DNA of 64,000 nt from Reclinomonas americana ATCC 50394 (GCA_048213135.1 PS015009.1:1-64000), one strand, 5' to 3'. Counted from the first letter of the stretch, positions 9,096-18,978 are shown. The notes: a model not told the origin generated them from the letters alone. Program-made: numbers and translations.

Positions 9096-11021
9096 TTAAT
9101 TTTTCTGCGGTTTGGGTTGTTTCAGGTGTTTGTCGAGGAATTTTTCCATAGCACCGTAAAAATCATAACGGTTATCCTGGTTACGGAATCCGTGTCCTTC
9201 ATCTTTCTTAAGCATATACTCCACCTGTACGCCTCTTTTGGTAAGTGCTTCCACCATCTGGTCGCTCTCTGCCTGGTTAACGCGGGGATCGTTGGCGCCC
9301 TGTGCAACAAACAATGGCGTTTTGATCTTATCGGTATGCAGCACCGGTGATGCTTCAGCCAGCAGCACACTGTCTTTTACCGGGTCGCCCACCATTTCAT
9401 AGAACTGGTCCAGGTAAGGCTTCCAGTAAGGAGGGATCGTTTTCATAAAGGTGAACATATTCGCCACACCTACATAGTCCACAGCTGCGGCATACAGGTC
9501 AGGTGTAAAGGTTACACCCGCCAGCGTAGCATAACCGCCATAGCTGCCGCCATAGATAGCGATGCGTTTCGGATCGGCGATGCCTTCTTTCTTCAACCAT
9601 TCCACGCCATCGGTAATATCGTTCTGCATGGTCTTACCCCATTGCTTGAAGGAAGACTGCCAGAATTTTTTACCATAACCGGTGCTTCCCCTGAAATTCA
9701 TCTGCAGCACCGCGTAGCCCCTGTTGGCGAGGAACTGTATCTCAGGATTATATCCCCATTCATCCCGTGCCCATGGGCCACCGTGCGGGTTCACCACTAC
9801 AGGAAGATTTTTTGCGTCTATCCCTTTGGGCAAGGTCAGGTAGCCGTGTATAGTCAGCCCGTCGCGGGAAGTATAGGTAATGGGTTTTACGTGTGCCATA
9901 TTTTTCTCGTCGATCCACGGGAAGGGGTTGGCGGCTTCAGTAGTGGTCTTCGCGGCAAAGTCATAGATATAATATTTCACCGGCAGCCTGTCATTGGAAA
10001 TAGCTACCACGGCTTTTTTACGGTCATTGTCGAAACTGGTGAGCCCTACCTGGTAGCCTTCAAATTTCTTTTCCAGCGGACGGATAATATCTTCCCATTC
10101 TTTATCAAAAAAATGTTCCTCGTCCTTTTCAGCGGTCCACGAAACACTAGCCAGTACTTTGCGTTTGCGGTCATAGAACACGCCGCTCAGATCGTAATCG
10201 GGATTGGTGTACCACTCTTTCACTTCTTTATTGGTAACAGGATCATACTCCACCAGGCTCACTTTATCACGGCCGATGTTGCTGAGCGTATAAAAATGAC
10301 TGTTGTCGGCATTGAAAGCCTGCGGTGAGAACTGTTCTTTGAATGAGGTGGTGAGCAATGTTGCGAAACTGTCCTTATCCGATGGTCGGTATTTGAATGT
10401 GATGTTCACGCCGTCGGTTTTGGTAGCGATCCTGATGACGCCGTTGTTATCGGTAAACCAGCTGTCGTAATTATCTTTATTCTCGTACAACAAAGCCAGG
10501 GTGCCGGTTTCCACATTAAGACTGTAGGGATCGAAATATTGTTTGTCGCGTTTATTGATCTGCACGATGATCTCTTTTTCCTTGCCGGGTACCTGGTTCA
10601 GGTCATCCACCACATCGGTGCGAATACCCGGGAAGGGTGTCAGCGCTTTCATATCGGTGCCCTGTGGTGTAACAGAAAACAGTTGAAAGTTCTCGTCACC
10701 GCCCAGGTCCTGCGCATAAATGATGCGGTCGCCTTTCCAGAAATAATTAAAGATGCTGCGTACCGTGTCGTTGGTAACACGTACCGAACTGGTATCCCCT
10801 ACCTTCTGAACAAAGATGTTCATCTTGCCTTTATAATCGGCGCGGTAGGAAAAATAGTTACCATCGGGAGAAATGCGGAAGGAAGATTTTTCCCCGTTCT
10901 TGAAGAAGAGTTTCATGTCCACCGGCGTAGCGGGTGTCTCTTTTTCGTCTTTCGTTTTACAACTGCTGATAAATAAAACAAAGGCGGCTGCCAGTAGCAG
11001 TACCGGGCGTAATTTTTGCAT
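9096..11021 (-). CDS. S9 (prolyl oligopeptidase/acylaminoacyl peptidase family) lipoprotein
   Basis: Lipobox FISSC; beta-propeller N-domain; HGGP, GGSYGG (Ser), NDPRV (Asp) and EGHG (His). Confidence 0.93.
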   Translation of the reverse strand: MQKLRPVLLLAAAFVLFISSCKTKDEKETPATPVDMKLFFKNGEKSSFRISPDGNYFSYRADYKGKMNIFVQKVGDTSSVRVTNDTVRSIFNYFWKGDRIIYAQDLGGDENFQLFSVTPQGTDMKALTPFPGIRTDVVDDLNQVPGKEKEIIVQINKRDKQYFDPYSLNVETGTLALLYENKDNYDSWFTDNNGVIRIATKTDGVNITFKYRPSDKDSFATLLTTSFKEQFSPQAFNADNSHFYTLSNIGRDKVSLVEYDPVTNKEVKEWYTNPDYDLSGVFYDRKRKVLASVSWTAEKDEEHFFDKEWEDIIRPLEKKFEGYQVGLTSFDNDRKKAVVAISNDRLPVKYYIYDFAAKTTTEAANPFPWIDEKNMAHVKPITYTSRDGLTIHGYLTLPKGIDAKNLPVVVNPHGGPWARDEWGYNPEIQFLANRGYAVLQMNFRGSTGYGKKFWQSSFKQWGKTMQNDITDGVEWLKKEGIADPKRIAIYGGSYGGYATLAGVTFTPDLYAAAVDYVGVANMFTFMKTIPPYWKPYLDQFYEMVGDPVKDSVLLAEASPVLHTDKIKTPLFVAQGANDPRVNQAESDQMVEALTKRGVQVEYMLKKDEGHGFRNQDNRYDFYGAMEKFLDKHLKQPKPQKN

Positions 11022-11112
11022 AGATCTATGTTTTTAAGCTGATAAGTATCAATCAATATAATACCTTACCGTGCTAAAAACAAGGTGCCTTCAGAATTTT
11101 AACAAATGGGAA

Positions 11113-12009
11113 TTATTCTATGTGTACCTGTTTTTTTACAACCGCGCCGGCTTCCACTTCAGGAATGAATCGTCTTTCCTTTACCAGGAAACCGTTGCCG
11201 TTCTCGCAAAAATGTACTTTAAGATTTTCGAGGCTGAAAGGATTGCCATCGGGTATATCGGCGATATTGCTGTAGGCGATGTCGTGCCCGTCAACGATCA
11301 CCACACACCCGCTGCCGATGGCTTCCATGCGGTTGCCTTCGGTGATGATCATACCGGTATCTTCTCCCAGCCCGATGCCGATGCAGGAAGGGTTGGTGGC
11401 TACAGCCTGGGCCAGGCGGCCAAAGCGGCCTCTTTTTTCAAAATGGCTGTCGATGATTACATCGTGTACAAAAGCAAGCCCGGTGGTGATCTTCACTTCT
11501 CCTTTCAGGTGGGCACGTGTGGCATTGCCTTCATAGATCATGGTATTGCTCATGGCCATGGCACCTGCGGATGTGCCGGCAATAACAAAGGAAGTTTCGT
11601 TGAGATAGCGTTCAGTGATCACCTGTAAAAAACGGGTGCCGCCAAACGTGCTGCTGAGGCGCAACTGGTTACCACCACTGAACATAACCGTATCGCATTG
11701 GGCGATGCGTTCCAGGTATTCCGGGTCAGCAGCGTCGGCACGGTTGCGGATGTGCATGATGCCCACATTGGTGCAGCCTATTTTTCCGAAAGCGTTAAGG
11801 TAATTATCTCCCACTTCAAACGGGATCATACTGGCCGTGGTGATCACTTCTATGCGGCTGAGCGGGCCGCCGGCCTCCTGTACAATACGGCGTAAAATGC
11901 CGAGTTCAAAGAAATTGAGGTTATTGCGGTGTATCTCTCCTTTTTCCAGGTCTGTACCCTTGTCTTCAGCCCCGCCAATCGCGATCAGCTTTCCTTTAGC
12001 AAATGCCAT
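11113..12009 (-). CDS. cphB: Cyanophycinase
   Basis: LIAIGGAEDK, FSGGNQ, GTSAG (Ser), IDSHF..RGRFGR and GEDT motifs; close to cphA. ATG at 12009 preferred because TACTTTTG lies at 12031-12038 on the minus strand. Confidence 0.93.
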   Translation of the reverse strand: MAFAKGKLIAIGGAEDKGTDLEKGEIHRNNLNFFELGILRRIVQEAGGPLSRIEVITTASMIPFEVGDNYLNAFGKIGCTNVGIMHIRNRADAADPEYLERIAQCDTVMFSGGNQLRLSSTFGGTRFLQVITERYLNETSFVIAGTSAGAMAMSNTMIYEGNATRAHLKGEVKITTGLAFVHDVIIDSHFEKRGRFGRLAQAVATNPSCIGIGLGEDTGMIITEGNRMEAIGSGCVVIVDGHDIAYSNIADIPDGNPFSLENLKVHFCENGNGFLVKERRFIPEVEAGAVVKKQVHIE

Positions 12010-12037
12010 CTCCTGCTTTTTGTTACGAAGCAAAAGT

Positions 12038-12184
12038 AATTACTAATTATCAATTACTAATTACGAATTGTGGATATGTGTAAAATATGTGGTGTACAAC
12101 ATTTGCCTTCCTGCATTCACCTGCCCGCTCATTCACACATCTGCACATTTGCACATTCGCATATCTGCCCGTTCGCACATTCAC
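12038..12184. repeat. Short tandem repeats: AATTAC(T/G)-like x4 (12038-12069) and degenerate GCACATYT octamers (about 12113-12184)
   Basis: Directly visible in the spacer between cphB and the aminotransferase. Confidence 0.75.
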
Positions 12185-12186
12185 TA

Positions 12187-13476
12187 TCAGCTTTTCGCAA
12201 ACTTATCAATCCCTTCCACCAGCCGGTCCAGGTTCTTCGTACTCGTATACACGTTAGGCGTAACGCGAACACCATTAATGTTTTCCCATACAATGGGCAC
12301 GGTATGGATGCGGTAATTTTCCCACAGGAAAGTGTCCAGTTCCGATGTTTTTTTCCCGTCCACGCTTACCAGCCCAATCGCACAGCCGTATTCCTTTTTA
12401 AGCGAAGTGTGCAGTTTTACTTTGGGGATGTGCTTCACCCTTTCCATCCAGTAATTCTTCAGGTAATGCAACCGTGATTCTTTGCGTTTGATGCCGATCA
12501 TATCATGAAAGTCGATCGCTTTATCAATGGCTTCCTCAATATAAAAAGGCCGTGTGCCCAGGTGCTCAAATTTGCGGATATTCTCCTCTTCTTTTTCTCC
12601 CGCGCCAAACAGCGGCCACACGTTGCGTATTTTATCTTTCTTCACATATAACAATCCCGTACCAATAGGTGCTCCCAGCCATTTGTGCAGGCTGGTGCCG
12701 AAATAATCGCAGCCCAGCTCCGGCAGGGTAAATTCAAAATGAGCGAAGGTATGCGCACCATCCACAAGTACATCAATATTTCTTTTATGAGCGATGTCGA
12801 CGATCTTGCGTACAGGCATCTTCTGCCCTATCCAGTTGATCATATGCGTTACCTGCACCACTTTTGTTTTTGAAGTAAACGCGTCGGCATATTGTTTTAC
12901 AATGTACTCATCATCTTCGCTGGGCAGATCGAGATTGATCCATACGAGTTTGATCCCTTCCCTTTTCTCTCTTTGTTTCCAGGCACCGATCATATTGGGG
13001 TAGTCCTGTTTGCTCAGCACCACTTCATCACCGCGCTGCAGTTCCAGGCCAAAGATGACGGTTTCCAGTGCTTCGGAAGCATTGCGCTGCATGGCGATCT
13101 CTTCCGCATTGCAACCGGCCAGCTGGGCCAGGTTTTTACGGAGCGGTTCGCGGCCCTGGTCAATCACCCGCCACATAAAATAACTGGGTCCTTCATTACA
13201 GATGTCGTAATTCCTTTTCATAGCTTCCGCCACGGTTTTGGGAGCAGGGGCTACGCCGCCATTATTGAGGTTGATGAAGTTAGGCGCAATGGTATAGGAC
13301 TGCTGTACATAGGACCAGAATTCCTCGTCGGAGGCCAGCGCCTGCGGGGCTATACCCGACGATTCTTCAATGGCTTTTCCCAGGTTGCGGCTCCAGGCCG
13401 GTTGTACAATGCCTGCGGCCAGCGCGGAGGCAGACAATAATCCTATTTTATGAATAAAGTCCCGGCGGTCAGGCAT
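12187..13476 (-). CDS. Class V PLP-dependent enzyme (cysteine desulfurase/isopenicillin N epimerase-like) with Tat signal
   Basis: MPDRRDFI leader; NLNNG, VDGAH and SLHKWL (PLP lysine) motifs. Confidence 0.88.
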   Translation of the reverse strand: MPDRRDFIHKIGLLSASALAAGIVQPAWSRNLGKAIEESSGIAPQALASDEEFWSYVQQSYTIAPNFINLNNGGVAPAPKTVAEAMKRNYDICNEGPSYFMWRVIDQGREPLRKNLAQLAGCNAEEIAMQRNASEALETVIFGLELQRGDEVVLSKQDYPNMIGAWKQREKREGIKLVWINLDLPSEDDEYIVKQYADAFTSKTKVVQVTHMINWIGQKMPVRKIVDIAHKRNIDVLVDGAHTFAHFEFTLPELGCDYFGTSLHKWLGAPIGTGLLYVKKDKIRNVWPLFGAGEKEEENIRKFEHLGTRPFYIEEAIDKAIDFHDMIGIKRKESRLHYLKNYWMERVKHIPKVKLHTSLKKEYGCAIGLVSVDGKKTSELDTFLWENYRIHTVPIVWENINGVRVTPNVYTSTKNLDRLVEGIDKFAKS

Positions 13477-13627
13477 ACAGCAGTTTTTAGGTCTTACAAT
13501 TTACCTATTTTGTTTTTTGCAAAGCAAGATGATTTTGGTAATTTCCGATTTGTGTGTTTACCGGTTCTAAATCCGGAAGACCGGTACCAAAACTGTTATA
13601 TCAACATCAAACCATCAAACTGCACGT

Positions 13628-16258
13628 ATGAAGATCGTAGAAATCAAAGTATTGAGAGGTCCCAATTACTGGAGCGTACGCCGCCCGAAGCTGATCCAGA
13701 TGAAACTTGACCTGGAGGAAATGGAGCAAAGGCCCACCAACAGTATTCCGGGTTTCAGGGAGCGGCTGGAGAAAATGTTTCCCAGTATGTACGGTCACCG
13801 CTGCAGTGTAGGCGCCCCCGGCGGATTTTTCCAGCGGGTGGAAGAAGGTACCTGGATGGGGCACGTGATCGAGCATATCGCACTGGAACTGCAAACCCTC
13901 GCCGGCATGGATACCGGTTTTGGCCGCACCCGTGGCACAGGCAAAGAAGGAGAATACTATGTGTGTTTCAGTTATATGGAAGAAGATGCAGGTGTATATG
14001 CCGCCAAAGCTGCTGTAAGGATCTCAGAAGCGCTTACCAATGATGAGCCCTATGACCTGGAGACCGATATCATGAGCTTACGTGAGATCAGAGAAGATAC
14101 CCGCCTGGGCCCCAGCACCGGCTGTATTGTGGATGAGGCCGCCAAAAGGGGCATCCCTCACCTGCGGCTCAACAAGCATTCGCTGGTACAGTTGGGTTAC
14201 GGCATTCACCAGAAAAGGATCAGGGCCACCATTGCCAGTACCACCGGTAATATTGCCGTAGACATCGCCTGCGATAAGGAAGAGACCAAGAACCTGCTGG
14301 AAGCCGCGGAAATACCCGTACCCAAGGGCATGGTCATCCGCACCGAAGCGGGACTGAAGGATGCGGTTGAAAAATATGGTTACCCCCTGGTGATCAAACC
14401 TATCGACGGTAACCATGGCAAGGGCAATACCACCAACATCACCACCTGGGAGCAGGCCATTACCGCGCTGGAAGCCGCCAAACAATATGGCCGCAGCGTG
14501 ATCGTGGAAAGATTCATTACCGGCTTCGATTTCAGGATACTGGTCATCAATTACAAATTCATCTGCGCCGCGCTGCGTACACCCGCTGCCGTTACCGGCG
14601 ACGGCGAACATACCATACAATGGCTGATCGATGAAACGAACAAAGACCCGCGCCGTGGCTACGGTCATGAAAAAGTGCTGACGCAGATCACCATTGACCA
14701 GTTCACGCAGAAAATGCTTGATGAAAAGAATTATACGCTTGACACCGTTCCGGCGAAAGACGAGTTGGTATTACTGAAACCTACGGCCAACCTCAGCACC
14801 GGCGGTACTTCCAACGACGTGACCGACGAAGTGCATCCCGACAATATTTTCATGTGTGAACGCATTGCCAAGATCATCGGGCTCGATATCTGCGGCATCG
14901 ACATCATGGCCAAAGACCTGCGCACACCCGTTTCAGAAAACGGAGGTGCCATACTGGAAGTGAACGCGGCACCTGGTTTCAGGATGCACATCGAACCTTC
15001 TGTTGGTCTGCCCCGCAACGTAGCTGAACCCGTAGTGGATATGCTGTTCCCCAGAGGCAGCGCCGGACGTATCCCCATCATCGCGGTAACCGGCACCAAT
15101 GGCAAGACCACCACTACCCGCCTGACCGCCCACATCGCCAAGAGCGCCGGTAAAAAAGTAGGTTATACCACCAGCGACGGTGTGTACATACAGAACCAGC
15201 TGATGATGAAAGGTGACTGTACCGGCCCCATCAGTTCGCAGTTCGTGCTGAAAGACCCCACCGTGGATTTTGCCGTGCTGGAATGTGCCCGTGGCGGTAT
15301 ACTCAAAAGTGGCCTCGCCTTTCAGAATTGCGAAGTAGCCATTGTGACCAATGTAGCCGCCGACCATATGGGACTGGGCGGCATCAATACCCTGGAACAG
15401 ATGGCCAAGGTGAAGGCCGTTGTTCCCGAGACCGTTTTTCCCCATGGCTATGCGGTACTGAATGCCGATGATGACCTGGTATATGCCATGAAGGACGACC
15501 TGAAATGTAATATTGCCCTGTTTAGCATGGACGAGACCAACCCGAGGATAAAAGCGCATTGTGAAAAAGGCGGACTGGCAGCGGTTTTTGAGAACGGCTT
15601 CATCAGCATACTCAAAGGCACCTGGAAGATCCGCGTGATCAATGTCAAAGATGTGCCGCTGACTTACGAGGGCAAGGCCATGCATAATATCGCCAACTGC
15701 CTGCCTTCTGTGATGGCCTGTTACCTCTACCGCGATATCAGCATCGACGATATCCGTTCGGCGCTGAGTTCCTTTGTTCCTTCATCTACACAAACACCCG
15801 GCCGGTTGAATTTCTTCCATTTCAGGAATTTCTCTTTCCTGGCCGATTTCGCTCATAACCCGCACGGGCTGCGCCTGCTCTGCGATTTTGTAAGCAAGCT
15901 CGATTACCCGAAAAAGATCGGGGTGATCAGCGGCACCGGTGACCGTCGTGATGAGGATATCCGGGAGCTGGGTGAGATCTCCGCGGCATATTTCGACGAG
16001 ATCATCATCCGCTGCGATAAGAATCTCCGCGGCCGTACAGCGGAAGAGATCATTGGCCTGTTACAGGAAGGAATACAAAAGGTGAACCCCAATGTGCCTA
16101 CCATGACCATTGCCAATGAAAATGAGGCACTCGAATATATTTATGCACATCCCCAACAAGGGGCCCTGTATACCATTATGTGCGACGTAGTGGCCGGGGC
16201 CCTGGATAAGATCAGGGAGCTGAAAGACCGGGAAGCGCTGGAGAATGTGCAAATGTGA
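13628..16258 (+). CDS. cphA: Cyanophycin synthetase (CphA1)
   Basis: LRGPNYWS N-domain; ATP-grasp domain (KPIDGNHGKG, EVNAAPGFRMH); Mur-ligase domain (GTNGKTTT, DFAHNP); 876 aa. Confidence 0.97.
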   Translation: MKIVEIKVLRGPNYWSVRRPKLIQMKLDLEEMEQRPTNSIPGFRERLEKMFPSMYGHRCSVGAPGGFFQRVEEGTWMGHVIEHIALELQTLAGMDTGFGRTRGTGKEGEYYVCFSYMEEDAGVYAAKAAVRISEALTNDEPYDLETDIMSLREIREDTRLGPSTGCIVDEAAKRGIPHLRLNKHSLVQLGYGIHQKRIRATIASTTGNIAVDIACDKEETKNLLEAAEIPVPKGMVIRTEAGLKDAVEKYGYPLVIKPIDGNHGKGNTTNITTWEQAITALEAAKQYGRSVIVERFITGFDFRILVINYKFICAALRTPAAVTGDGEHTIQWLIDETNKDPRRGYGHEKVLTQITIDQFTQKMLDEKNYTLDTVPAKDELVLLKPTANLSTGGTSNDVTDEVHPDNIFMCERIAKIIGLDICGIDIMAKDLRTPVSENGGAILEVNAAPGFRMHIEPSVGLPRNVAEPVVDMLFPRGSAGRIPIIAVTGTNGKTTTTRLTAHIAKSAGKKVGYTTSDGVYIQNQLMMKGDCTGPISSQFVLKDPTVDFAVLECARGGILKSGLAFQNCEVAIVTNVAADHMGLGGINTLEQMAKVKAVVPETVFPHGYAVLNADDDLVYAMKDDLKCNIALFSMDETNPRIKAHCEKGGLAAVFENGFISILKGTWKIRVINVKDVPLTYEGKAMHNIANCLPSVMACYLYRDISIDDIRSALSSFVPSSTQTPGRLNFFHFRNFSFLADFAHNPHGLRLLCDFVSKLDYPKKIGVISGTGDRRDEDIRELGEISAAYFDEIIIRCDKNLRGRTAEEIIGLLQEGIQKVNPNVPTMTIANENEALEYIYAHPQQGALYTIMCDVVAGALDKIRELKDREALENVQM

Positions 16259-16395
16259 TGATTTAAAAATTTGGAGATTTGAAAAACGCGGCGATTCAGC
16301 GACAACGCTCAATGGTAGAAAAAGGACCTGAATTAACACAAGCTGCCTGTCGTCAGAGGTCTGCCGCCCGTCGCCTGACCTCTTTTTCAAAAACA

Positions 16396-16427
16396 TTTGG
16401 TTCATTTTGATACTAGCCTTATTTTTG
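16396..16427 (+). promoter_or_regulatory. Bacteroidota primary-sigma promoter for tRNA-Gln
   Basis: TTTG (16396-16399), 20-nt spacer, TATTTTTG (16420-16427). Confidence 0.75.
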
Positions 16428-16456
16428 CACTCCCAAATCAAATTGGGAACAGGGAT

Positions 16457-16527
16457 TGGGTTATGGTGTAACGGTAGCACTACAGATTTTGATTCTGTCT
16501 GTCTTGGTTCGAATCCAGGTAACCCAA
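16457..16527 (+). tRNA. tRNA-Gln(TTG)
   Basis: Acceptor stem TGGGTTA/TAACCCA; anticodon arm ACAGA-TTTTGAT-TCTGT; T-loop TTCGAAT; CCA not encoded. Confidence 0.96.
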
Positions 16528-16529
16528 CT

Positions 16530-16560
16530 AAAAAAGCCTCGCTGACTGTGAGGCTTTTTT
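16530..16560 (+). terminator. Intrinsic terminator after tRNA-Gln
   Basis: AAAAAGCCTC..GAGGCTTTTTT hairpin. Confidence 0.8.
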
Positions 16561-16605
16561 ATTGAGATAAGCTAAATATCCGTTCCGTATAAAAGACATA
16601 TAAAG

Positions 16606-16643
16606 AAAGCGGCATATTTATCCCGGGATAAATATGCCGCTTT
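16606..16643 (-). terminator. Perfect 38-bp palindrome, probable terminator of the T9SS cargo gene
   Basis: AAAGCGGCATATTTATCCC|GGGATAAATATGCCGCTTT, 22 bp after the stop codon. Confidence 0.65.
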
Positions 16644-16665
16644 GCTGAACCAGTTGTTCCTCCTG

Positions 16666-17793
16666 TTATAATTTGAGCATCCGTACCAGTTCATTATCCG
16701 ACAATCGGATGAAGTAAATGCCTTGCTGCAATGCAGAACAATCCAGCGAAAAGTCGGGCCGCATTATAACAAATGACATCACCTTCCTGCCGGTATTATC
16801 ATAAACCGATGCGGGTGTTCCCATATATTTTCCAGGGACCAACAGCGTAGCCAGGCTCTTTACCGGGTTAGGAAAAAGAAGGATATCCTTATCATTCTTA
16901 GCGGCAGTAATGCTAATGATATTACTGTAGCTGAACTTACCGTCCATATCAACCAGTTTCAACCGGTAATAATTTCTTCCCGGAACAGGCGTATTGTGAA
17001 AGAATGTATACGATGACCTGTTCGCTGCTTTTACATTACCGAGGTCGGTAAAGTCGGTACCATTGGTGCTGTGCTGAATATCATAGCGATTAAATTTATC
17101 TTCATTGCTGACTTCCCAGAATAACCTCACCCTGCCATCCTGCATCCAATTCCCGGAAAAACTATGCAGTGTAACCGGCATGGGAGCGCCTGGTGTAAAT
17201 GTTTCCAGCAGGATATCGTCAAGTGCAAAATCATTCCCGTTAACTACGGTGCTGCCATTTTGTATAGAAATGGTATGCGTGCTGCTGGTAGCGGTAAACG
17301 TGTAATAAGAAGTGGTTTGCCAGCTGGTTGTGGCTGCAGGCAGGGTTTGTACCTGTACCCCGTCGCGGTAAACAGACAATGTGGGCGAACTCAATACGCC
17401 GCCGGGCGCTATTACAAGGTAGCCATACTTAAATGAATAGCGGTACTGGTTTCCAATAGTAAGGCCTGTATAAGTTTTACTCCACACCGTGCCCGCAACC
17501 GATGTGCAACTGCACAGGTTATCTGACCAGTACATCAGGAATCTTCCTCCCGACGCATTGGAAGGCGATTGCGTAGCGCCGATATTGGTATTGCTGACTT
17601 CCCATGTTCCGTTAATGATACTGTTCCTGGGACCAGTCGAGGGATTTGCGGTATTGGCCCAATAGCTGTTACCATTGGTGGTGTAAGCACTTTCGTAAGC
17701 GAGGTTGTTAAAGTTGACCAGGTTCACCGTGGTCCATTGACTAAAACCATAACTGCCCGTTAGCAGTAAGACTGCGAGTAAAAAATGTTTCAT
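16666..17793 (-). CDS. T9SS type A sorting-domain protein with a lectin/jelly-roll-like N-domain
   Basis: Signal peptide; GNDFALDDI strand; MPVTLHSF Ig linker; CTD FPNPV..GIYFIRL. Confidence 0.85.
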   Translation of the reverse strand: MKHFLLAVLLLTGSYGFSQWTTVNLVNFNNLAYESAYTTNGNSYWANTANPSTGPRNSIINGTWEVSNTNIGATQSPSNASGGRFLMYWSDNLCSCTSVAGTVWSKTYTGLTIGNQYRYSFKYGYLVIAPGGVLSSPTLSVYRDGVQVQTLPAATTSWQTTSYYTFTATSSTHTISIQNGSTVVNGNDFALDDILLETFTPGAPMPVTLHSFSGNWMQDGRVRLFWEVSNEDKFNRYDIQHSTNGTDFTDLGNVKAANRSSYTFFHNTPVPGRNYYRLKLVDMDGKFSYSNIISITAAKNDKDILLFPNPVKSLATLLVPGKYMGTPASVYDNTGRKVMSFVIMRPDFSLDCSALQQGIYFIRLSDNELVRMLKL

Positions 17794-17934
17794 AAAATTT
17801 GCCTGATAGCGGTGATAAATGTCGTAGAGTATGATTATCAGGACTTAATATAATCCCTTGTTGATGTTTGCACATCAAATGGATAAAATGGCTCCTGTGA
17901 AGCTTTAGAGGGGATATTAAATTTCTACCAGTAA

Positions 17935-17961
17935 AGACGCATCCATCAAAGAAAGGGTTGC
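17935..17961 (-). promoter_or_regulatory. Putative ECF-sigma promoter upstream of the T9SS cargo gene
   Basis: Minus strand reads GCAACC-N16-CGTCT (AAC and CGT ECF cores). Confidence 0.5.
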
Positions 17962-18225
17962 ACTTTTTCCGCAAATAATTTCACGGAACGATGACCAGGG
18001 AGGTATCCGCCTTAGCAGGAAGCCTTGTATATGCCTGAGCCTGAACGGATAAAAGCATTGCAGTACAAACATAAAGAAGCCCCGTTTGCGGCGGGGTTCT
18101 CTTTTCCGTCCCGGTGTCGAATCAGGCCGGAATAAAAAAGCAGTCTTAGACAAGACCGCCTTTTTTATTACTCTTTCACATCATATAACAAAGTCATTAT
18201 TAAGCGCGAACAATCCGGGAGTGGA

Positions 18226-18978
18226 CTACCTGATGATATGGCTTCCGGAAATGAAACTGTAGATCATCAGCACTCCTACGGCAAAAATAACCGAGAGTAC
18301 GATCTTCCTGAAAAGGTAACCGGGCACACGATTCAGTATTTTCTTACCTGTCCAGGCCCCGGCATAAGCCAATACAAGCATGACCGGGATATACCAGAAA
18401 TATTGCCTGCCAAGATAACCATTGGAAAGGTAGATCACTGTCCGGGAGAGATCGACAGCAAAGTCAATCCCCGCGGATGTTCCTACAAACATATCCTTGT
18501 TCAGGTCGAAGGCTGTCAATGTTGCACCCCTGATCGCTCCGCCGGTACCGGTAAGACCAGCAAGAAAACCTGCCAACGCTCCTCCGGTGATCGCGTTGAA
18601 CTGCGTAGGTTTGATGCTGACTCCTTTGCGGGTAAAGAAAACCAGCGAAAAACTAACGAGAAATATCCCCATGACCAATTGCGCATAACGGAGATCGATC
18701 TTATTGTTTAACCAGGCCCCTGCCATCACCATGATCACACTGGGCACACCTATCAGCAGCATCAGTTTCCAGTTAATGCTTTTCCTGAAAAGTATCACCT
18801 GGGCAGATGTACTGAAAATATGAAGGATACCGGTTAACGCCAGCGTTGTCTGAAAATCAAACAACATACCCGCCAAAGGCACAAAAAATACCGAAGACCC
18901 AAAACCGCTGAGCGTCCCTATTGTTTCGCTCACATAAGCGAGAAGAAAAAAGAGTATGGTAACCGTAACAAAATCCAT
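18226..18978 (-). CDS. TauE/SafE-family (TSUP) permease
   Basis: GTLSGFGSS and GLTGTGGAIR duplicated motifs; about 8 TM helices; ATG at 18978. Confidence 0.88.
   Translation of the reverse strand: MDFVTVTILFFLLAYVSETIGTLSGFGSSVFFVPLAGMLFDFQTTLALTGILHIFSTSAQVILFRKSINWKLMLLIGVPSVIMVMAGAWLNNKIDLRYAQLVMGIFLVSFSLVFFTRKGVSIKPTQFNAITGGALAGFLAGLTGTGGAIRGATLTAFDLNKDMFVGTSAGIDFAVDLSRTVIYLSNGYLGRQYFWYIPVMLVLAYAGAWTGKKILNRVPGYLFRKIVLSVIFAVGVLMIYSFISGSHIIR

Noticed and set aside
17970..18170. Possible ncRNA or riboswitch (hairpins near 18076-18100 and 18133-18166)
   Set aside because: No conserved RNA family motif was recognized; the hairpins can be explained as terminators for tauE.
16457..18200. Possible tRNA-anchored genomic island
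   Set aside because: No integrase, no duplicated tRNA 3' end and no obvious compositional shift were seen.
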